Positions 45,452-54,485 of a DNA stretch of 64,000 nucleotides are shown here, one piece after another. Each line of letters opens with the position of its first letter. Position 1 is the stretch's first letter. Under the pieces are notes generated by a model. It saw nothing but the letters and a program-made list of their open reading frames with translations. It had not been told where the DNA came from and did no database searches. This DNA is from Flavobacteriales bacterium UBA4474 (GTDB lineage: Bacteria > Bacteroidota > Bacteroidia > Flavobacteriales_D > Sanyastnellaceae): assembly GCA_002389295.1 (NCBI GenBank), contig DGOE01000041.1:15080-79079 (forward strand), read 5' to 3'. A program made the position numbers and the translations under genes.

Positions 45452-45521
45452 GGTAACCTGAAGATACGAACCAACCCCTGCGCGAGCCGCAGACCAAGAG
45501 GTGATTTTTGTCACTGCTGTC

Positions 45522-47165
45522 CTACAGCAACTTGCGCAGCGCCTCGGATCCGGGTGTCCAACGCTCTGACGCCCCCTCCTTGTCTAGTTGCTGCGCCAAT
45601 GCTTTGCCCAACTCAACGCCCCATTGGTCAAAGCTGTATATGTTCCAAAACAGCCCTTCGAGGAAAATTTTGTGCTCGTGTGCAGCAATCAAACCGCCCA
45701 AAGAGAAGGCGTCCAGCGCATCGCCCAACATGAAGGTCGATGGGCGTCCTCCGGGGAAACTCCTGTGCGGTGCCACGGCCTCGATGCGCTCCTTCTGCCC
45801 CCCCGCAGCTGCCATTTCAGCTTGAACAGAGGCCAGCCCCCTGCCCATGCAAAAGGCTTCGGATTGGGCCAGGGCATTGTTGAGCAACAAGCGGTGCATA
45901 TCACTGTCTGACCCCATAGGTTGCTTGAATGCAATAAAATCCACGGGGTGTGCCTGCGTACCCTGGTGAAGCAACTGATGGAAGGCATGCTGCCCATTGG
46001 TCCCCGGCTCACCCCACACCACGGGGTGTGTGGCCCATGAAACGGGGAGGCCATCGCGTCCAACCGCCTTTCCATTGGATTCCATTTCCGCCTGCTGGAG
46101 ATAGGCCGGCAACCGGTGGAGCGCTTGCGCATATGGCAAAACAGCCCGACTGGTATGCCCCATGAAATTGACATTCCAGATTTCAATGAGCGCCAAATGC
46201 AAAGGCACATTGCGGTCGGCATCGGCTTCAACAAAATGCCGGTCCATGGCCCTCGCCCCGTCGAGCAAAGCGCGGAACGCTGCGGCGCCAGAACCTAAGG
46301 CAATGGCCAACCCCACAGGGCCCCACAGCGAGAACCGCCCCCCGACCCAATTGTCGAATCCAAAGACCCGCCCCTCGGCGATGCCCATGTCCGCTGCACC
46401 GGGTACGTTGGATGTCACAGCCGCGAGGTGATGTCCGGCTGATGCCCCGAGCCCGAACTCCAACCACGCCAACGCCCGGCGCGCATTGGCCATGGTTTCC
46501 TGCGTGGTAAACGTCTTGGACACAATGACCACAAGGGTTCTGGCCGGATCCAATCCTGCCAACGCCATGTCCAAATGAAGGGGGTCTACGTTGCTGACAA
46601 AGCGCACCTCCAGTGGCGATCCTTCCTGCATGCGCGCAGCGGCGAGCGCTTCGTGCACCATGACTGGCCCCAGATCGGAGCCGCCAATGCCGATGTTGAC
46701 CACGTGGGTAAACCGCGCACCATCGGTTGCTGGATACCCCCCAGACCTCACTGCATCTGCGAAGTCAAGAAAGGCCTCGCGGGTGGCCACAACCTCCGGC
46801 ATAACCGGCTTTCCGGCAAAGGCGAAACCGTCTGAAGGCGCGCCCCTCAGCGCCATATGAAGGACCGCTCGCCCCTCTGTGCTGTTGATGATACCGCCAC
46901 TGAATTGCGCGTCCCGCGCGCCTTTCCAATCCGCTTCTTCCGCCAGCGACTTCAGCGCGGACCAGGCATCTCCATCGATGCACTGTTTGGTGAAATCAAA
47001 CCGCCAGCGCAGGCCTTCGGGCTCCAACACCCAACGCTCCACGCGGCCTTCCTCTTGCTGAAGGCGCTGCAGTCCTTTTTGCTGAAGCCGGTCTGCTTGC
47101 GACTGGATAGAAAACCGCTCCGCGGACCGCGCAAAATCAAAAGGAGAAAGCCCGCTTTCGTTCAT
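45522..47165 (-). CDS. pgi: Glucose-6-phosphate isomerase
   Basis: 547 aa. NIGIGGSDLGP, FVSNVD, SKTFTTQET, GEPGTNGQHAFHQL, and a C-terminal ...QWGVELGK motif. Confidence 0.95.
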   Translation of the reverse strand: MNESGLSPFDFARSAERFSIQSQADRLQQKGLQRLQQEEGRVERWVLEPEGLRWRFDFTKQCIDGDAWSALKSLAEEADWKGARDAQFSGGIINSTEGRAVLHMALRGAPSDGFAFAGKPVMPEVVATREAFLDFADAVRSGGYPATDGARFTHVVNIGIGGSDLGPVMVHEALAAARMQEGSPLEVRFVSNVDPLHLDMALAGLDPARTLVVIVSKTFTTQETMANARRALAWLEFGLGASAGHHLAAVTSNVPGAADMGIAEGRVFGFDNWVGGRFSLWGPVGLAIALGSGAAAFRALLDGARAMDRHFVEADADRNVPLHLALIEIWNVNFMGHTSRAVLPYAQALHRLPAYLQQAEMESNGKAVGRDGLPVSWATHPVVWGEPGTNGQHAFHQLLHQGTQAHPVDFIAFKQPMGSDSDMHRLLLNNALAQSEAFCMGRGLASVQAEMAAAGGQKERIEAVAPHRSFPGGRPSTFMLGDALDAFSLGGLIAAHEHKIFLEGLFWNIYSFDQWGVELGKALAQQLDKEGASERWTPGSEALRKLL

Positions 47166-47177
47166 GGATGCTGGCTC

Positions 47178-48248
47178 TCAGCCTTTGTTGCGGCCCAAAC
47201 AGTTCAGGTCGTCAAACGCCTGTGTCAACCGCTGGACGAAATACTGCTCACCTTGCCGCAACCAAACGCGCGGGTCGTACCGCTTCTTGTTGGGCTGATC
47301 GGCACCATCGGGATTGCCTATCTGAGACTGCAAGTATGGCGACCACTCCCCCACGTAATCCCGCACGCCGCTGAGGTAAGCCCACTGCATGTCGGTGTCG
47401 ATGTTCATCTTGACGGCACCGTATGAGATGGCTTCCCGAATCTCATCGACGCTGCTGCCCGATCCTCCGTGGAAGACGAAGTTCACCGGACGTGGACCTG
47501 TGCCGTGCTTGGCAGAAATGTGCTCCTGGCTGTTCTTGAGGATCACTGGAGTCAGCTCCACATTGCCTGGCTTGTACACGCCATGTACGTTTCCAAATGC
47601 TGCCGCCACTGTGAATTGCGGACTCACGGCGCCGAGCTGTTCAAAAGCGTAGGCGACTTCTTCGGGCTGCGTGTAGAGGTGCTTGGCATCGAGGTCTGTA
47701 TTGTCCACGCCATCTTCTTCGCCACCCGTAACGCCCAATTCGATTTCAAGGAACATGCCCAAAGGCGCCATGCGCTTCAAATACTCCACGCATGTGGCGA
47801 TGTTCTCTTCGATGGGCTCTTCGCTCAGGTCAATCATGTGCGAGGAAAACAAGGGCGCACCATGAGTGGCGTGGTGCTGCTCTCCGCGGTCCAGCAGCCC
47901 ATCAATCCAGGGCAACAGTTTCCGAGCGCAGTGGTCTGTGTGCAGCACGACGGGAACGTCATATGCACGGGCCATTTCATGCACATGCAGTGCTGCAGAA
48001 ACGCTGCCGTGCACTGGCCCTGCTTGATTGTTGAGCTTCAGGGATTTGCCGGCATAAAAAGCCGCTCCACCGTTTGAAAGCTGCACGATGACTGGAGAGC
48101 CCACAGAAGCTGCAGTCTCGAGCGTGGCATTGAGTGAATTCGTGCCGATGATGTTGACTGCGGGCAATGCGTAGCCTTTGGCCTGCGCATCATCAAAAAG
48201 GGCATCAACTTCCTCACCGTGGAGTACGCCTGAACGAAAATTGGACAT
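47178..48248 (-). CDS. fbaA: Class II fructose-1,6-bisphosphate aldolase
   Basis: 356 aa. GYALPAVN, VVLHTDHC, E.E.GVTGGEEDGV, FGNVHGVYKPGNV, FVFHGGSGS. Confidence 0.95.
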   Translation of the reverse strand: MSNFRSGVLHGEEVDALFDDAQAKGYALPAVNIIGTNSLNATLETAASVGSPVIVQLSNGGAAFYAGKSLKLNNQAGPVHGSVSAALHVHEMARAYDVPVVLHTDHCARKLLPWIDGLLDRGEQHHATHGAPLFSSHMIDLSEEPIEENIATCVEYLKRMAPLGMFLEIELGVTGGEEDGVDNTDLDAKHLYTQPEEVAYAFEQLGAVSPQFTVAAAFGNVHGVYKPGNVELTPVILKNSQEHISAKHGTGPRPVNFVFHGGSGSSVDEIREAISYGAVKMNIDTDMQWAYLSGVRDYVGEWSPYLQSQIGNPDGADQPNKKRYDPRVWLRQGEQYFVQRLTQAFDDLNCLGRNKG

Positions 48249-48345
48249 GAATCGAACCTAAAATTTATGGAACGCAAGGTACCCCCTTGCGCCCTCAACA
48301 AGCAATCTCAAGAAGCCTGTTTTACAGGGTCTGCCTCCGCTGCAT

Positions 48346-48903
48346 TCACAGCCCTGACCCGAGGGAGCGCAACAGCTCTTTTTCGCTGAATGTCAATGCG
48401 GTAGATGCCATTTTGGCCTGTTCTGACCAAGGGCTTTCAGGAAAAGACGTCACCAGCTGACCGTAAGCCTTGAGCGCACCGACCGTATCGCGCAGTGCGG
48501 TTTCCCTCACAAAACCAATCCTGAACATGGCTTCAGGCGCAAACCCCGTGCGCGGATAGCCTTCGACCACATCCAACCATTGACTCACCGCCTTTTCCGC
48601 ATCACCCCTGCCCTGCAGCAAATCCGCCCGCCGCATCAGATAGACACCAGAGAGGCTGTCACCATGGTTGACATTCGCATAGGCCGCATAAGCACGCAGC
48701 AATCGGCTCACTTCCTCCTGCACCTCCTCAGCAGCCCAGTCGACATCGGCTTCGCGCTTTAACCGGTTGGAAAAAACCACTTCAGCGCCGGCCACGTCCG
48801 CGGCCAGGTCACGATGGGCTTCCTCCCCTCGACTCGGGCCTGAGCACCCTGCACATGTGATGGCCAAAAAGACCCCGAAAACCCGGCGGATGGCGCTCCT
48901 CAT
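48346..48903 (-). CDS. TPR-like lipoprotein (YbgF/BamD-like helical repeat), function unknown
   Basis: Lipobox LAITCAGCSG. Helical repeat content (YAAYANVNHGDS...LQGRGDAEKAVSQWLDVVEGYP...APEAMFRIGF). ATGA-coupled to def. Confidence 0.55.
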   Translation of the reverse strand: MRSAIRRVFGVFLAITCAGCSGPSRGEEAHRDLAADVAGAEVVFSNRLKREADVDWAAEEVQEEVSRLLRAYAAYANVNHGDSLSGVYLMRRADLLQGRGDAEKAVSQWLDVVEGYPRTGFAPEAMFRIGFVRETALRDTVGALKAYGQLVTSFPESPWSEQAKMASTALTFSEKELLRSLGSGL

Positions 48904-49475
48904 CGGCCTTTTCTTGCGGGATGACGCATGGGGTAATCCGAAGGAACTTTCCCCACCGCGATGTCCTTCAATTTGCTTTGAAGCATGGCTTTTCTGAGGG
49001 GTGATGCGTAGTCGGGGATCATGACACCATCCAAGTGGTCATTTTCGTGCTGCACAATGCGCGCCGCGATTCCAGAGAGCGACTCTTCGCGCAACACCCA
49101 CCCTTCATCATAGTATTCCACTTTGACCGAAACGGGACGGGTCACCGGCTCTCGCACACCGGGGATGGAGAGGCAGCCCTCCTCCATGGCACACTCATCG
49201 GCACTTTCATCGAACAACACGGGATTGATCATGACCCTTTTGAAGTCTTTGCAGCCCGCATCACCCTCTTCTCCTTCGCCGAATGGCGAACCATCCACGA
49301 CGAACATTCTCAATGACTGCCCGACCTGTGGAGCCGCCAACCCAACGCCTTCTGCGCGGTACATGGTTTCCCACATATTGGCAATCAACGCGTCCAGGCC
49401 CTCCATGCCCTCTTCTATGTCTTGGGCCTCCTTCCTCAAGACGGGGTCACCGTATGCGACTACCGGTAGAATCAT
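48900..49475 (-). CDS. def: Peptide deformylase
   Basis: MILPVVAYGDPVLRK, GVGLAAPQVG, EGCLSIPG, QHENDHLDG. Start set at MILPV (49475). Confidence 0.93.
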   Translation of the reverse strand: MILPVVAYGDPVLRKEAQDIEEGMEGLDALIANMWETMYRAEGVGLAAPQVGQSLRMFVVDGSPFGEGEEGDAGCKDFKRVMINPVLFDESADECAMEEGCLSIPGVREPVTRPVSVKVEYYDEGWVLREESLSGIAARIVQHENDHLDGVMIPDYASPLRKAMLQSKLKDIAVGKVPSDYPMRHPARKGR

Positions 49476-49532
49476 TGTGCAAATTTGCGCCATTCAGCGG
49501 ATTTGGCCCGCTCCCCCCGCTACCTTTGCTGC

Positions 49533-50678
49533 ATGACGGATTCACCACGTCCTCTCGACCGGATCGAGGACGCCATCGAAGACATCAAAAATGGCAAGGT
49601 GGTCATCGTTGTGGATGACGAAGACAGGGAAAATGAAGGCGACTTTGTCGCTGCCGCGCGATTCGCCACGCCCGAGATGATCAACTTCATGGCCACAGAA
49701 GGCCGGGGACTGATATGCGCCCCCTTGGTGGAAGACCGTTGCGAAGCATTGGACCTTGAACTGATGGTGAGCAGAAACAATGCCGCTTATGAAACGCCGT
49801 TTACGGTGAGTGTCGACCTGGTTGGGGATGGTTGTACCACAGGGATTTCAGCCTCAGACCGGTCCAAAACGATACAGGCGCTCATCAACCCCGCCACCCG
49901 CCCTGCGCAGCTCGGACGGCCTGGCCATATTTTTCCGCTGAAAGCCCGCAAAGGTGGCGTGCTCAGGCGAGCGGGCCACACGGAAGCCGCCATCGACCTG
50001 GCCAGGCTTGCCGGACTGGAACCAGCCGGCGTGATTGTCGAAATCATGAATGCGGATGGCACCATGGCCCGGCTTCCACAATTGCTGGAGATGGCCGACA
50101 AATGGGACATGAGGATCGTGTCCATAGAGGACCTCATCGCCTACCGCATCGCGCATGACACGCTCATCCACCGCACCGGACAACGCCAGATTGAAACCAC
50201 TTTTGGCTCCTTCGAATTGAGGACCTACCGCCAAACCACGAGCGATAGAGAACACTTCGCCTTGATCAAAGGGTCATGGTCACCCGACGCCACCGTTCCC
50301 GTCCGGATGCACGCCAGCCAGCCCCACTTGGACATCCTCAGTGAGCGCGAAATGGGGAAAGGCCAGACGCTCCATCAAGCGATGACGCGACTGCAACAAT
50401 TGGAGTACGGGGCATTGGTTTATCTGCAGAAGTCACCAGGCACTTGGGAAGATGCCCTCAGCAACCACAGCAGCGCAGAGGCAGAAACCCAAGGCGGCAG
50501 CGTGAGCGAGGCTGAGATTCTCCGCAAGCAAGGGCGCGCCTTTGGTTTGGGCGCTCAGATTTTGCGGGACCTTGGGATTTCCAAACTGCAACTGATGAGC
50601 GACACCGCCGTCATCAGCAAGGGCATGACATTGTACGGCCTTGAGATCACGGGGGTCACCCCCACAGTAAAAAAGTGA
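49533..50678 (+). CDS. ribBA: 3,4-dihydroxy-2-butanone-4-phosphate synthase fused to a degenerate GTP-cyclohydrolase-II-like domain (RibBA/RibBX-type)
   Basis: The N-terminal half is canonical RibB ([42 protein letters not shown]). The C-terminal half aligns to RibA, but the Zn-ligand cysteines are replaced ([20 protein letters not shown] versus [20 protein letters not shown]). Confidence 0.85.
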   Translation: MTDSPRPLDRIEDAIEDIKNGKVVIVVDDEDRENEGDFVAAARFATPEMINFMATEGRGLICAPLVEDRCEALDLELMVSRNNAAYETPFTVSVDLVGDGCTTGISASDRSKTIQALINPATRPAQLGRPGHIFPLKARKGGVLRRAGHTEAAIDLARLAGLEPAGVIVEIMNADGTMARLPQLLEMADKWDMRIVSIEDLIAYRIAHDTLIHRTGQRQIETTFGSFELRTYRQTTSDREHFALIKGSWSPDATVPVRMHASQPHLDILSEREMGKGQTLHQAMTRLQQLEYGALVYLQKSPGTWEDALSNHSSAEAETQGGSVSEAEILRKQGRAFGLGAQILRDLGISKLQLMSDTAVISKGMTLYGLEITGVTPTVKK

Positions 50679-50702
50679 CCGCGGCGCAGGAAGCGCCGTA
50701 AA

Positions 50703-50735
50703 TGAGAGAAGCCCGGCTGTACCGGGCTTCTCTCA
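50703..50735. terminator. Bidirectional hairpin terminator between convergent ribBA and rpmE
   Basis: TGAGAGAAGCCCGG-CTGTA-CCGGGCTTCTCTCA: a perfect 14-bp stem flanked by A/T runs on both sides. Confidence 0.8.
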
Positions 50736-50759
50736 TAAACAATATCGGTTGGCCGAAGC

Positions 50760-51014
50760 TTACTTCTTGTGCTTGGCGTAACGCGTGCGGAACTTATCGA
50801 TCCGACCAGCGGTGTCCACAAGGGTATTCTTGCCCGTAAAGAAGGGGTGGCTCGCCGAGCTGACTTCCACCTTGATGACGGGATACTCGTCACCATCCTC
50901 CCATTTTTCGGTTTCCTTGCTCTCGGCGCAGCTCTTTCCGAGGAAGCGCCAATCCGCAGTCAAATCCTTGAAGATGACCGTGCGGTAATTTTCGGGGTGG
51001 ATGCCTTGTTTCAT
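50760..51014 (-). CDS. rpmE: 50S ribosomal protein L31, type B (non-zinc form)
   Basis: [17 protein letters not shown]...HPFFTGK...[14 protein letters not shown]. Lacks the CxxC zinc knuckle. Confidence 0.93.
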   Translation of the reverse strand: MKQGIHPENYRTVIFKDLTADWRFLGKSCAESKETEKWEDGDEYPVIKVEVSSASHPFFTGKNTLVDTAGRIDKFRTRYAKHKK

Positions 51015-51263
51015 TTGGGAGAACTAATGGGGCGCAAAAGTACAATGGATTCCCCAACCCTACAAAGGGCACACAGAGTGTCGCGGCCGAACCCGAATTC
51101 GGCGAATTCATCAGGGCACCGAACATAATCAACAAGCCAAATTGAATAAGATTAGCAACTTACACGCTGTATCAGGCAGGCCCTTGAGATACCTTGCAAC
51201 GGTTTTAAGTGAGAAGGCTAGCTCCGGCTAGCTGAGCATCAAGTGATAATTTGGTTAAGTAGT

Positions 51264-51294
51264 CCCGCGGTGAAACGTCACCGCGGGATTTTTC
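51264..51294 (+). terminator. Orphan strong intrinsic terminator (+ strand) in the rpmE / SPOR-gene intergenic region
   Basis: TCCCGCGGTGA-AACG-TCACCGCGGGA followed by TTTTT. No + strand ORF precedes it within 250 nt. See the finding on a candidate sRNA or leader. Confidence 0.7.
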
Positions 51295-51376
51295 ATTTAA
51301 AGCCTTCCACATCTGCATGTCGACACATTCCCAGCCGCCTCACAGAGCCTTGGGTCATTCGTTGGAATCTTAGGGT

Positions 51377-52567
51377 ATGCCGCTCAGGAGCACATTGGTT
51401 ATCGTGTCGCTGTCCCTCGCGCTCGGTTTGGCCATGGCCATTCCTGGGGGCGTCGTGGTGGAGGGACGGCTCGACTCCCCTCCTTCTCCCGGCATGTCTA
51501 CTGCCTTCACCATAGGCATCACCAAGGGAGGTCTCGAATACTTTGGCAGAATCTTGATCTCCTTGCCGAAAGACTGCCGACTCCGTCCGAAACAGCTCCA
51601 CGGTGGGGGAATCACCTATGACGAAGAACGCAGTATCGCCGTCATCAGTTGGCTCAAACTCCCTGAGCCGGACCAATTTGAGTTGCTCCTGGACCTTGAA
51701 GTTTCCCCCAATGCTGCCCCAGGACCCCGCAGTATTGAATGGGACTTCAGCTTTATCAGAAACAACGACCGGGTCACCCTCCGCCCTGCGCCTTTCCATT
51801 TTGAGGTGGTTCCTCAACCGGGGCATTCAACATCGCCAACTGTGGCTGAAACGAGGACATCGGACAGTAATCCTGCGGCGGTAGCACCCTTACAGACAGG
51901 CGTCTTTCCTCAAGCATTACGCAGCATCACACCCTTGCGGGACGGTGGCGCTGAAGTCCGGATCACCATCTCGAACCTGCCCGAAGGCGGCTTCGTGAAA
52001 TTGGTGGAAAAGATGCCCCAAGGATGCGCCGTTGAAGTCGTCTCAGGAGGCGGCAGTGTGTCTCAGATCACCGGTGAAGAAGCCCGATTTCTGTGGTTCG
52101 ACTATCAAAAAGCAGGCTCGCTCATTTATCAAGTCAAACACTGCTCTTTATCCAACTTCGGTTCTATTATCGGCGTATTATCATTCATTGAAGGTGACAA
52201 TCCACGTGAAATTGACGTAATTCAGATTGAAGGAGAATTGCCAACCGTTCCAATCCCCCCTGATCTTGCCACATCTGGGGGTGATGTGAGCTTTGGAGTA
52301 CAAGTAGCTGCAACGAAAAAAGCGGTGGTTACCGATTATTTCAAACAGCGGTTGGACTTTCGCCTTCCACTGTCAATGGAGGAGGATGCAGGTTGGGTGA
52401 AATACCTGAATGGTAGTTTCACTGATTACCGCGAGGCGAGAGACCACAGAGAGGCCATAAATGCGCGCCATGCGTTCATCGGTCCGTTCGTGGTAGCTCG
52501 GAAAAGAGGGCGTCGCATTTCTGTCCAAGAAGCTTTGATGCTGACTGGTCAAGAATGGAGACCCTGA
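51377..52567 (+). CDS. Secreted/periplasmic protein with C-terminal SPOR-like (peptidoglycan-binding) domain
   Basis: Signal peptide MPLRSTLVIVSLSLALGLAMA. C-terminus VSFGVQVAATKK...GWVKYLNGSFTDYREARDHREAINA..AFIGPFVVA matches the SPOR pattern by eye. Confidence 0.5.
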   Translation: MPLRSTLVIVSLSLALGLAMAIPGGVVVEGRLDSPPSPGMSTAFTIGITKGGLEYFGRILISLPKDCRLRPKQLHGGGITYDEERSIAVISWLKLPEPDQFELLLDLEVSPNAAPGPRSIEWDFSFIRNNDRVTLRPAPFHFEVVPQPGHSTSPTVAETRTSDSNPAAVAPLQTGVFPQALRSITPLRDGGAEVRITISNLPEGGFVKLVEKMPQGCAVEVVSGGGSVSQITGEEARFLWFDYQKAGSLIYQVKHCSLSNFGSIIGVLSFIEGDNPREIDVIQIEGELPTVPIPPDLATSGGDVSFGVQVAATKKAVVTDYFKQRLDFRLPLSMEEDAGWVKYLNGSFTDYREARDHREAINARHAFIGPFVVARKRGRRISVQEALMLTGQEWRP

Positions 52568-52599
52568 CATTGACAGATGAAATAAGGACCAAGGATAAG

Positions 52600-53559
52600 A
52601 TGAGCAACGAGTCATCCATACGCAAACCAGAGCACTTGCCACCAGACGCTGGATGGACAGTGTGCATGAGGGGCTTTCGCTCTTGGTTGCAATTGGAGCG
52701 TGGATTGAGCTCCAATTCCGTAGAGGCGTATTTGAGGGACGTACAGCGTCTGGCGTTTTTTGCCCAAAACCTCGCCTCTCCTGTTTTTGAACCCGCTGGC
52801 TTTGAAACCCTTCATGTGGACGCCTTTGTAGCGCAACTCTACGATGAGGGATTGAGCCGCAACAGCCAGAGCCGCATCCTCAGTGGCGTTCGGAATTTCT
52901 GCAAGTACCTGTTGCTCGAAGGCATCTTGGAGCGCGACCCTCTGGAATTAATGGATTCTCCACGTCCAGAGCGGAAGCTTCCAGACGTGTTGAGCATCGG
53001 TGAAATCGAAGCCATCATTGAAGCCATTGATTTGGCGAGAAAAGAAGGCATCAGGAACCGGGCCATTCTTGAAACCATGTACAGCTGTGGCCTGCGGGTC
53101 TCAGAAGTGGTGGGCTTGAGGTTGAGCTGCATCGACGAGGTCGATGGTTTTGTCAAAGTCATCGGCAAAGGCAACAAGGAGCGCATCATCCCGATCGGTG
53201 AAATGGCCTTGAACACCATTGCCCGCTACGTGGAGGAGTACCGCAGGTTTGTGGAAATCGAATCTGGTTACGAAGACACCCTCTTCTTGGGCCGCAGGGG
53301 CCGTGAGTTGACGCGTCAAATGGTGTTTACCATGTTGCGCCGCACTGCGCACGAAGCGGGAATCAGAAAGCAAGTCAGTCCCCACACTTTCCGGCATTCT
53401 TTCGCAACCCACCTGATGGAGAGCGGAGCAGACATCCGTGTGGTGCAAGAGATGTTGGGGCACAGTTCCATCAGCACAACGGAGATCTACACCCATCTGG
53501 ATCAGAACTTCCTGAGGGAACAGATGAACCGCTTCCACCCAAGAAGCGTCAAAGCATAA
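52600..53559 (+). CDS. xerD: Tyrosine site-specific recombinase XerD
   Basis: LERGLSSNSVEAYLRDVQRL, NRAILETMYSCGLRVSEVVGL, HTFRHSFATHLMESGADIRVVQEMLGHSSISTTEIYTHL. The R-K-H-R-H-Y set is complete. Confidence 0.88.
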   Translation: MSNESSIRKPEHLPPDAGWTVCMRGFRSWLQLERGLSSNSVEAYLRDVQRLAFFAQNLASPVFEPAGFETLHVDAFVAQLYDEGLSRNSQSRILSGVRNFCKYLLLEGILERDPLELMDSPRPERKLPDVLSIGEIEAIIEAIDLARKEGIRNRAILETMYSCGLRVSEVVGLRLSCIDEVDGFVKVIGKGNKERIIPIGEMALNTIARYVEEYRRFVEIESGYEDTLFLGRRGRELTRQMVFTMLRRTAHEAGIRKQVSPHTFRHSFATHLMESGADIRVVQEMLGHSSISTTEIYTHLDQNFLREQMNRFHPRSVKA

Positions 53560-54485
53560 TGCACCGCTCAGCCTGTTGGCTGCATTTGCTCCTTTTTTTC
53601 ACCTGTGGCGCTGCGCCGCAAACAGACACTGGCCCTGATTGCTGTGGACAGGATGGCCTGTCCGATTCCCTTTTTCAAACCCACGTTTATTCCATCAACG
53701 GCGCGGACACCTTGATGCTGGACTTGCGGATGCCGGTGCGCAAAGTGCCCGGCTCGCCCGGCGTAATTTTTCTTCACGGTGGTGGGTTCAGCCAAGGGCA
53801 ACGCGACAGAGGGCCACATGTGCAACTCTTGGATACGCTGTGCGCCAAGGGGATTGTATCTGCCAGTATTTCCTACCGGCTGACCATGACTGGGAAGGGT
53901 TTTGGATGTCAAGTCCCCGCCCTTGAGAAGCAGGGCGCTGTGGCCACTGCAGCGGAGGATCTGAATGCCGCGCGTTCCTGGCTGGAGCTCGCCGATCCCC
54001 GACTGCCCAAATCCTGGATCGCCATGGGAAGCAGTGCAGGGGCCGAAGCCGCCATGTGGGCCGGTTATGGTTTGGCAGAGAACCGCTATGCGGGTGTGGT
54101 GGCTTTTTCAGGAGCCATCGCGGACTCGGCGGCCGTGGATGCCTCTGCCCCGCCCTTTTTTGGCGTGCACGGCACATGCGATGAGGTCGTGCCTCCAAAC
54201 CAAGCCATACACAGACGTTGCGGTGCTGAAGACCCCGGTGCCTGGGCGCTATGCGGCGGAATGTGTTGGGCGGAGCGCATGGCGGCACAAGGACGGCCTG
54301 CCCACTTTCATGGCTACTGTGGAGGAGACCACGCCGTTTGCAATGCTGCGATGACCGACTCCGCGCTTACAGCGGCATTGATCGCCTGGATTGTTCAACC
54401 TGAATTGCACACCTCGCAGTTCCTCGGCATGAAAACTGAGGGCGGGATTTTCGCTGAAAATCAGGACTGCCCCCCTTGCCAATAA
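53559..54485 (+). CDS. Secreted alpha/beta hydrolase (esterase/lipase-like)
   Basis: Signal peptide. VIFLHGGGFSQG oxyanion-hole motif. MGSSAGAEA nucleophile elbow (G-S-S-A-G). 1-nt overlap with the xerD stop. Confidence 0.7.
   Translation: MHRSACWLHLLLFFTCGAAPQTDTGPDCCGQDGLSDSLFQTHVYSINGADTLMLDLRMPVRKVPGSPGVIFLHGGGFSQGQRDRGPHVQLLDTLCAKGIVSASISYRLTMTGKGFGCQVPALEKQGAVATAAEDLNAARSWLELADPRLPKSWIAMGSSAGAEAAMWAGYGLAENRYAGVVAFSGAIADSAAVDASAPPFFGVHGTCDEVVPPNQAIHRRCGAEDPGAWALCGGMCWAERMAAQGRPAHFHGYCGGDHAVCNAAMTDSALTAALIAWIVQPELHTSQFLGMKTEGGIFAENQDCPPCQ

Noticed and set aside
52600-53559. Tyrosine recombinase as a marker of an integrated mobile element
   Set aside because: The sequence is XerD-like (chromosome dimer resolution). 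I saw no flanking direct repeats, tRNA target, phage or conjugation genes, or composition island bounded by it.
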